From a phage: 64,000 nt of DNA. Under the pieces are notes generated by a model. The model saw only the letters and a program-made list of their open reading frames with translations. It was not told where the DNA came from and made no database searches. A program made the translations under genes and the position numbers. The DNA lies in the sequence record PZ452579.1; one strand, 5' to 3'. Below are positions 58,678 through 64,000 of this stretch, in pieces; within the stretch, counting starts at the first letter, position 1; every line of letters starts with the position of its first letter.

Positions 58678-60493
58678 AGGACATCCATTCTTTACGAAGT
58701 TCTGAATCATCACCCATCAACATTTCAAAGAGTTCTTTCCAATTTTCAGGAAGTTTAACTACGTCGTACACAGGGTTCTGAATCATTTCACGATATTCTG
58801 ACTTTTCAAGGGAGCCTAATCCCTTGATGTATCGAATACTATGCTTAGGAAGCGTATCTTTAACTTCTTCATACTCAGCTACAGTATAAAACCATTTTTG
58901 AGTTTTGCCAATTTGTGCAATAATTACAGGTGTTTTAACAAAGCGAATACGTCCTTGTTCAAACAATTCAGGCCAATTACTAAAGAAAGCAAGCAAAGCC
59001 GGATAGATACTTCCAAGACCGTCATGATCGGCATCGGTCATAATTGCAATATTACGATAGTTCGTATTCTCTGCCTTTTCACCAAGAATAAGACCCGTGA
59101 TAGCACAGATATCAAAGAGCTCTTTGTTCTTCATCATATCAGCATATGACATACCCCAGCTATTCATCACCTTACCACGTAATGGGAATCCACCGTGTAG
59201 TTCACGGTCACGAACATCAATGAGATAACCAATTGCCGAATCACCTTCTGTTAAGAACAATGTCGTATCTGCATCTTTACCACATTGGTTAGCTTTAATA
59301 TGCTTATGAACCTTAGCTTTAGTTGCCTTTTTAGCTGCTTTAGTTTCTGCAGCCTTTTCTGCCGCCAATTTACGAGCTAATGCGGCTTCAACAATAGGCA
59401 TAATCAAGGCTTCGTTTTTAAGAAGTGCCTGAGCAATTTTCTTAGCATCTAATTGGATATGATTACGAATATCACCATACGTTGACGTTAAACGTTCTTT
59501 AGTCTGAGAATCAAAACGCATGTTGCTCATGTCTCTAATAAACATCAACATTGTGAGACATTCTTTAACACGAGCTTTAGTGACTTCAATACCCTTATAT
59601 TTCTTTTTAATACCGGGCAAAAGATGTTCGCAGATATCATCCATTACACATTCAACATGATGACCACCATTTTTAGTATGGATGTTATTCACATAAGTTA
59701 AATGACGGAAGCCATCTGGTGATGTTGTGAATGCTATAGAGACTTTATCATTTTCTTGAATGATGTTATCTTCACCAAATTGTTTAGCAAATCGTTTAAA
59801 ATTACCATCAACCTTTTTACCATTAAATGTGAACTTGATATCAGGATAAACGACTGCCAATGTTTGAAGTCGGTCTAAAGTAATATCTAAATAAATTTGA
59901 GATAAATTATGCTCTTCAAATGAAGTGAAATCAGGAGTGAAGATTACTTTAGTGCCTTTACCTTTAGATTTCTTAGAAGACCATGATTTGTTTTCCATTC
60001 CGTTTGAACAGTTAACAGTGATTTCATTTTCGCCATCTGACGTGATGCCTGTAAACAACGTAGAGAAGATATTAGTTAAACTACTCCCGACGCCGTTCAT
60101 ACCACCAGTCTTGCGTTCAGAGTCATCACCAAAGTTACCACCGGCCTTTGGAATAGTCCAGGCTGCTACAGGCCCAGGAATTTGTTCACCTGTTTGGTCG
60201 GTAACTAAACCTTGAGGAATACCACGTCCGTTATCTTCCACCGAAACTTGATTATTTTTAATTTGCACATCAATTTTATTTGCAAACTTAAATGACGTAC
60301 GAATAGCTTCATCAACCGAGTTGTCAATAATCTCATCGATTAATTTAACCAGACCAGGAACATATTCAACTTGTTGATATTTACCAAACAAAAAACGCTC
60401 ATGTGCTTCTTTAGCAGAAGAACCAATATACATACCACTACGTTTCTTAATATGTTCTACATCTGATAATACCTTAATTTCATTTTTAATCAT
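58676..60493 (-). CDS. 39: DNA topoisomerase II large subunit gp39, uninterrupted GyrB-like form
   Basis: 605 aa; GHKL ATPase motif IIDNSVDEA, TOPRIM EGDSA and DADHDG; full length in one ORF with no gene 60 or bypass element. Confidence 0.95.
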   Translation of the reverse strand: MIKNEIKVLSDVEHIKKRSGMYIGSSAKEAHERFLFGKYQQVEYVPGLVKLIDEIIDNSVDEAIRTSFKFANKIDVQIKNNQVSVEDNGRGIPQGLVTDQTGEQIPGPVAAWTIPKAGGNFGDDSERKTGGMNGVGSSLTNIFSTLFTGITSDGENEITVNCSNGMENKSWSSKKSKGKGTKVIFTPDFTSFEEHNLSQIYLDITLDRLQTLAVVYPDIKFTFNGKKVDGNFKRFAKQFGEDNIIQENDKVSIAFTTSPDGFRHLTYVNNIHTKNGGHHVECVMDDICEHLLPGIKKKYKGIEVTKARVKECLTMLMFIRDMSNMRFDSQTKERLTSTYGDIRNHIQLDAKKIAQALLKNEALIMPIVEAALARKLAAEKAAETKAAKKATKAKVHKHIKANQCGKDADTTLFLTEGDSAIGYLIDVRDRELHGGFPLRGKVMNSWGMSYADMMKNKELFDICAITGLILGEKAENTNYRNIAIMTDADHDGLGSIYPALLAFFSNWPELFEQGRIRFVKTPVIIAQIGKTQKWFYTVAEYEEVKDTLPKHSIRYIKGLGSLEKSEYREMIQNPVYDVVKLPENWKELFEMLMGDDSELRKEWMS

Positions 60494-60515
60494 GTTGTCT
60501 CCTCGTTATGAAGGT

Positions 60516-60540
60516 ATTCTATCATCCGAAATCTAAAGCA
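60516..60540 (-). promoter_or_regulatory. MotA-dependent middle promoter for gene 39
   Basis: Minus strand TGCTTTA - 12 nt - TAGAAT, then GAGGAG RBS. Confidence 0.5.
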
Positions 60541-60556
60541 AAAAGGGCCGAAGCCC
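60541..60556 (-). terminator. UUCG-tetraloop hairpin terminator upstream of the gene 39 promoter
   Basis: gggc cgaa gccc; minus RNA hairpin followed by UUUU. Confidence 0.55.
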
Positions 60557-60982
60557 TTATTTAAATTTAATTTTCTGAAGTGCATCAATTGCAGCCAAAC
60601 GCCCTTGTTCACTTTTAACTGTAATGACTACATCGCCTGATACGATCACCGAACCATCAACAAATTCTATAGAGCCTTTTTTGAAATCGACAGCTGTATC
60701 TGGTTCCGGAACTTCTTCAAAGAATTTAAATTCTGCACCATAAAGCAGAATATCACCTTGCATACTATGAATAGTTCGGCCGTAATCGCCTACGGCTTCT
60801 ACAGCAATAATCGAAACGCCGTAACCAATCATCTCTTCCACAATAAAATCTTTGGACAATAAAGTAGTATGCAGATTAGTATTAAGACGTTTACCAGTCG
60901 TATTAAGAATTCTCAAGAAATTATCTTCCTGTCCTTTGATAATACGATATTTCTTACCAACTTCAAAACCTTTAAAAGCCAT
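60557..60982 (-). CDS. Hypothetical protein (39.1/39.2 position)
   Basis: 141-aa ORF. Confidence 0.6.
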   Translation of the reverse strand: MAFKGFEVGKKYRIIKGQEDNFLRILNTTGKRLNTNLHTTLLSKDFIVEEMIGYGVSIIAVEAVGDYGRTIHSMQGDILLYGAEFKFFEEVPEPDTAVDFKKGSIEFVDGSVIVSGDVVITVKSEQGRLAAIDALQKIKFK

Positions 60983-60984
60983 AA

Positions 60985-61164
60985 TTAACCCTTCTTAAGT
61001 AAGTCGTAAAAACCACCGTTCACATGTTTAGGAGCAGAAACCCGACGAGTAGACAGACGATGACATTCAGGGCAAACATCGTTTTCTCGTTCAGAAATTC
61101 TTTTAATTTTTTCATATTCATGACCACAATCTTCAGATTGGCATTTATAGTCGTATAACGGCAT
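60985..61164 (-). CDS. FmdB-type zinc-ribbon protein (59 aa); absent from track
   Basis: Manual translation MPLYDYKCQSEDCGHEYEKIKRISERENDVCPECHRLSTRRVSAPKHVNGGFYDLLKKG with two CxxC pairs. Confidence 0.6.
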   Translation of the reverse strand: MPLYDYKCQSEDCGHEYEKIKRISERENDVCPECHRLSTRRVSAPKHVNGGFYDLLKKG

Positions 61165-61166
61165 TA

Positions 61167-61595
61167 TTATTCCTTAAAATGTGCTTTCAACATTTGATAC
61201 AAAGACCATGCCTGGTCATTATTTTTGATAGTAATCGTCATCACAGGAAATTCAGACAATTCATCAAGTTCACCAGAATCTTGCTCTTCGGACGCTTGAT
61301 ACGGATTTCCAACTTCGTCAAAGAACTCTGCTTCATTCGTGGAAAGCCAGATAAAGTTTTCATCAAGGATATCACCGCCTGTTGCGTATCCAACCATGCC
61401 AGTAGATGTCACAATTTTAGTAGGACGTCCAAGATGGTCAACATCTAATACTTTAAATGGTTCCATGCCAAGACGTCGTGCATAAATCCCATTATCAGTG
61501 TGGTCTTTAATAAACTCTTCTTGGGCACGTTTATCTTTAAATTGGTACCATGAGTTAACGCGGAATTTATTAGCCATTAGTAAGTTTCCTTCCAA
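61167..61595 (-). CDS. Hypothetical protein (goF/comC-alpha position)
   Basis: 142-aa ORF; T4 goF is 141 aa at the equivalent position; identity not verified. Confidence 0.5.
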   Translation of the reverse strand: MEGNLLMANKFRVNSWYQFKDKRAQEEFIKDHTDNGIYARRLGMEPFKVLDVDHLGRPTKIVTSTGMVGYATGGDILDENFIWLSTNEAEFFDEVGNPYQASEEQDSGELDELSEFPVMTITIKNNDQAWSLYQMLKAHFKE

Positions 61596-61849
61596 TAAGT
61601 TGTACCGTTTTCAGTGATTTCACGGAAGATACCATAGATAGGCATTTCATCACCGAGTTTTTCGTAAACGTAAACCACTTCGGTGTAGCATAAAAATTCG
61701 GTCCAGTTTTTCTGTACAACAACTAAATCAGGATTAAACAGAACATCTTCAAACTCATCGATGTTTGAATCAGTAGTTACGTTTTTAATGATTTGACGTT
61801 TCATAATATTCTCCTCTTGTTTTGATAGGTCTATAGTATCATAGACCAT
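61577..61849 (-). CDS. Hypothetical protein
   Basis: 90-aa ORF with AGGAG RBS and early promoter upstream. Confidence 0.55.
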   Translation of the reverse strand: MVYDTIDLSKQEENIMKRQIIKNVTTDSNIDEFEDVLFNPDLVVVQKNWTEFLCYTEVVYVYEKLGDEMPIYGIFREITENGTTYWKETY

Positions 61850-61862
61850 AGTTGTTGTACAT
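61833..61862 (-). promoter_or_regulatory. T4-type early promoter (minus) with ggtctat/atagacc inverted repeat (PeSL-like)
   Basis: + strand ggtctatagtatcatagacc ... tgtacat. Confidence 0.45.
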
Positions 61863-62386
61863 CATTTTAGCAAAATAAAATCAACTTGTTCTGCCAATGA
61901 ACGTCTGAACATTAATTGACAACTTCCGAGGATGAAATCAGGTGCTTCATAGACCGCGATGTAGTATCCTTTAGCTTTCAAGAGTTCAACATCCACCTGG
62001 TCATCAAACCATGCATAAACCGCGTCAACACTTTCAAATCCAAAATAGAACCCTTGAGCCCAATCTTCACTCAATTCAAATGTATGCTCAATTCTATAGT
62101 ATCTTAAGATATTTTGTTCAAGGAGTTTGTCTTCATTTACTGTAGGACGATTAGGGACATTATAGTTGTCGCCGTGATGGTAGAAGTTACCTGAGAGTAT
62201 TCCATGCTTATCAAGGAACTCCCATGTTTCTTCAGAGTTGTCGGTGCCCGACCAACCGTATGGCGAACGAGGTTCTTTATTCCAAGAGGTTTCCCAAATT
62301 CTGACGGCTTTACCGTCTTCGATAGCAATTCCTGGTAATGATTCACGTTGAGTACAAAAACTACGTTCTACGCGGTAAACTAACAT
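61862..62386 (-). CDS. Hypothetical protein
   Basis: 174-aa ORF. Confidence 0.6.
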   Translation of the reverse strand: MLVYRVERSFCTQRESLPGIAIEDGKAVRIWETSWNKEPRSPYGWSGTDNSEETWEFLDKHGILSGNFYHHGDNYNVPNRPTVNEDKLLEQNILRYYRIEHTFELSEDWAQGFYFGFESVDAVYAWFDDQVDVELLKAKGYYIAVYEAPDFILGSCQLMFRRSLAEQVDFILLK

Positions 62387-62397
62387 ATTATTCTCCT

Positions 62398-62441
62398 CTG
62401 GTTGATATGGTTATAATATCAAAACCAGAGGAGAAGTAAAC
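62398..62441 (-). promoter_or_regulatory. T4-type early promoter with -10 in the loop of a perfect 13-bp stem (PeSL-like)
   Basis: ttctcctctggtt gatatggttataatatcaa aaccagaggagaa gtaaac; the stem includes the RBS complement. Confidence 0.6.
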
Positions 62442-62445
62442 AACT

Positions 62446-62865
62446 TTATGCGAAAGCAGCTGGGCTATATTTTTTAATTTGGAATTCAGGAACTACCATG
62501 AACTGTCCAGCGAAAACGATGTTATAAAGCTTAACACCATCTTCTACCCAACGGTCGCTAATAAATCCGGCGATTTGCTTAGTTTTCCACGGTGTTCCAT
62601 CAGTTGCCGCAGCAATAGTAAATTCATGGTCTTTTTCAACAGAAACTGATCTGCATAGTCCCCATTTGAACGCTTTTTCTTCTGGTTCAATGAATTGGCT
62701 TGAGACATAACCAATGTTACCATCAGCGTCACGAACTTTAACTTCGTTACGTCCAAAAACCGGATCACTCACAGAAAGAACTTCAACCAACTTCCCGGCA
62801 ACTTTAGAGCGAGAAGCAACGGATACATATACGTAATCACCTGTAGAGAGATTTACAATATTCAT
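62446..62865 (-). CDS. Paralog family member A (139 aa)
   Basis: Shares FKWGLC and GFISDRWVEDG.KLYNIVF.G.F.VV motifs with the next two ORFs. Confidence 0.65.
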   Translation of the reverse strand: MNIVNLSTGDYVYVSVASRSKVAGKLVEVLSVSDPVFGRNEVKVRDADGNIGYVSSQFIEPEEKAFKWGLCRSVSVEKDHEFTIAAATDGTPWKTKQIAGFISDRWVEDGVKLYNIVFAGQFMVVPEFQIKKYSPAAFA

Positions 62866-62874
62866 AATAATTCC

Positions 62875-63393
62875 TTAAGCTTTACGAGGAGACACGTAGC
62901 GAGTGATTTCAGATTCTTTAACAACTCGGAAGTCACCTAAGAATACGATATTGTATAACTTTTCACCATCTTCAACCCATTGGTCACTAATGAAGCCACA
63001 CATAGTATCAGTTTTGCTTGGATAACCGTATTCATCGATGAAGTCAAATTCTTTATCAGTCTGGAATTCAACACCTTTGCAAAGGGCCCATTTGAACTGT
63101 ACATTAGGTTCAGTAGAAGCAAAATGAGCGCTCACATGAGTTTCCAAGAATTTAGGACTTACGTAAGCGTACTGAGTTTCAGTTTTTCCAGAACTAGGAA
63201 TGATTCGAACTTTAACTTCTTTAACACGACCAGTACCATTAGTACGAAGTCCTACCACTTCAACTAGACGACCTGCAGCTTTAGAACGAGATGCAGACGA
63301 TACACGCTTAATTTCACCAATAGTAATCATAATTTCTCTCTCTTTGTTTAAATTGAATTCACTATACTCCATCCATCCTTGGATGTACAACAT
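62875..63393 (-). CDS. Paralog family member B (172 aa)
   Basis: FKWALCKGV and GFISDQWVEDGEKLYNIVFLGDFRVV motifs. Confidence 0.65.
   Translation of the reverse strand: MLYIQGWMEYSEFNLNKEREIMITIGEIKRVSSASRSKAAGRLVEVVGLRTNGTGRVKEVKVRIIPSSGKTETQYAYVSPKFLETHVSAHFASTEPNVQFKWALCKGVEFQTDKEFDFIDEYGYPSKTDTMCGFISDQWVEDGEKLYNIVFLGDFRVVKESEITRYVSPRKA
63361..63391 (-). promoter_or_regulatory. T4-type early promoter (minus), ccttgg subfamily
   Basis: + strand actatactccatccatccttggatgtacaa. Confidence 0.45.
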
Positions 63394-63887
63394 TAATTAA
63401 GGATATTAACCACAGCACTACGTGGAACTACACTAAAATCACCTGCATGAACAACGTTCAGAAGTTCAACACCGTCTTCAATCCACTGATCGGTTACCCA
63501 TCCACTCACTGGTCCTGCGAACGGACGTCGAATTGAAACAGCTTTACACAACAAATCAGTAGGCTCAATAGGCTTAATCAGAGTACCGTACATACAAGCG
63601 ATATCCATATCAATACAGATGTCTTTAACGGGTTCTACTTCTTCAATCAACAGTTCAAAGTCGGTGTTTGGAAGGGCGGTAGTAGAAATTGTACCGTATG
63701 AATTTTTAATTTCTAAGAATAACCAAGGGCCTTCAGCTTGTTTGATGAAGTTAACAATAGTGAAACTATTACCTTGAGTGGCGCCTAAAATTTCACAAAA
63801 CTTTTCATACGCTCGCACTGAAGCACCGTACCAGTTGATTTGTTTTTCGTCTTTCAGGATGTAAGTAGCCGTAGTATTGATATTCAT
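63393..63887 (-). CDS. Paralog family member C (164 aa); possibly MotB-like by position
   Basis: GWVTDQWIEDGVELLNVVHAGDFSVV motif; size close to T4 MotB (162 aa), identity not verified. Confidence 0.6.
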   Translation of the reverse strand: MNINTTATYILKDEKQINWYGASVRAYEKFCEILGATQGNSFTIVNFIKQAEGPWLFLEIKNSYGTISTTALPNTDFELLIEEVEPVKDICIDMDIACMYGTLIKPIEPTDLLCKAVSIRRPFAGPVSGWVTDQWIEDGVELLNVVHAGDFSVVPRSAVVNILN

Positions 63888-63918
63888 AATGTTTTTCCTG
63901 TTTGGTTAAGATAGAAAG

Positions 63919-63948
63919 ATTATACTCCAACCATCCTTGGTTGTAAAC
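63919..63948 (-). promoter_or_regulatory. T4-type early promoter (minus): -35 GTTTACA, -10 TATAAT
   Basis: + strand attata ctccaaccatccttggt tgtaaac. Confidence 0.55.
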
Positions 63949-64000
63949 TGGTTTTATCGCTGTTTTACACTTAACGGGTCAGGATTCTCAGGGACATCTT

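Overview
This window is a T4-like (Tevenvirinae) myovirus genome segment, collinear with the T4 map from hoc/inh/uvsW through the baseplate hub genes, alt, ligase 30 and the 30.x genes, rIII, 31, cd, pseT, the spanins, alc, rnlA, denA, nrdB, nrdA, td, frd, 32, 59, 33, dsbA, rnh, the long tail fiber genes 34-38, holin t, asiA, arn, motA, 52, ndd, rIIB, rIIA and topoisomerase gene 39. Gene calls rest on reading the supplied translations against remembered T4 proteins and catalytic motifs, plus synteny; no database search was run. Late genes sit on the + strand behind TATAAATA late promoters; early and middle genes sit on the - strand behind GTTTAC/TATAAT-type early promoters (many embedded in inverted repeats, resembling PeSL cassettes) or MotA-box middle promoters. 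UUCG-tetraloop hairpins punctuate the operons on whichever strand is transcribed. Compared with T4 the region looks T2/T6-like: gene 39 is uninterrupted (no gene 60 or mobA), nrdB and td are single intron-less ORFs, and gene 38 is a glycine-rich adhesin following a gp37 with a C-terminal chaperone domain. The most interesting candidate is a 366-aa putative GT-B glycosyltransferase inserted between rIIA.1 and gene 39. Other accessory candidates are a 115-aa ORF between frd and td, the arn-motA islet, three tandem paralogs at the right end, and a 290-bp ORF-free palindrome-bearing region downstream of rIII. No tRNA, rRNA, CRISPR array or transposon was found.
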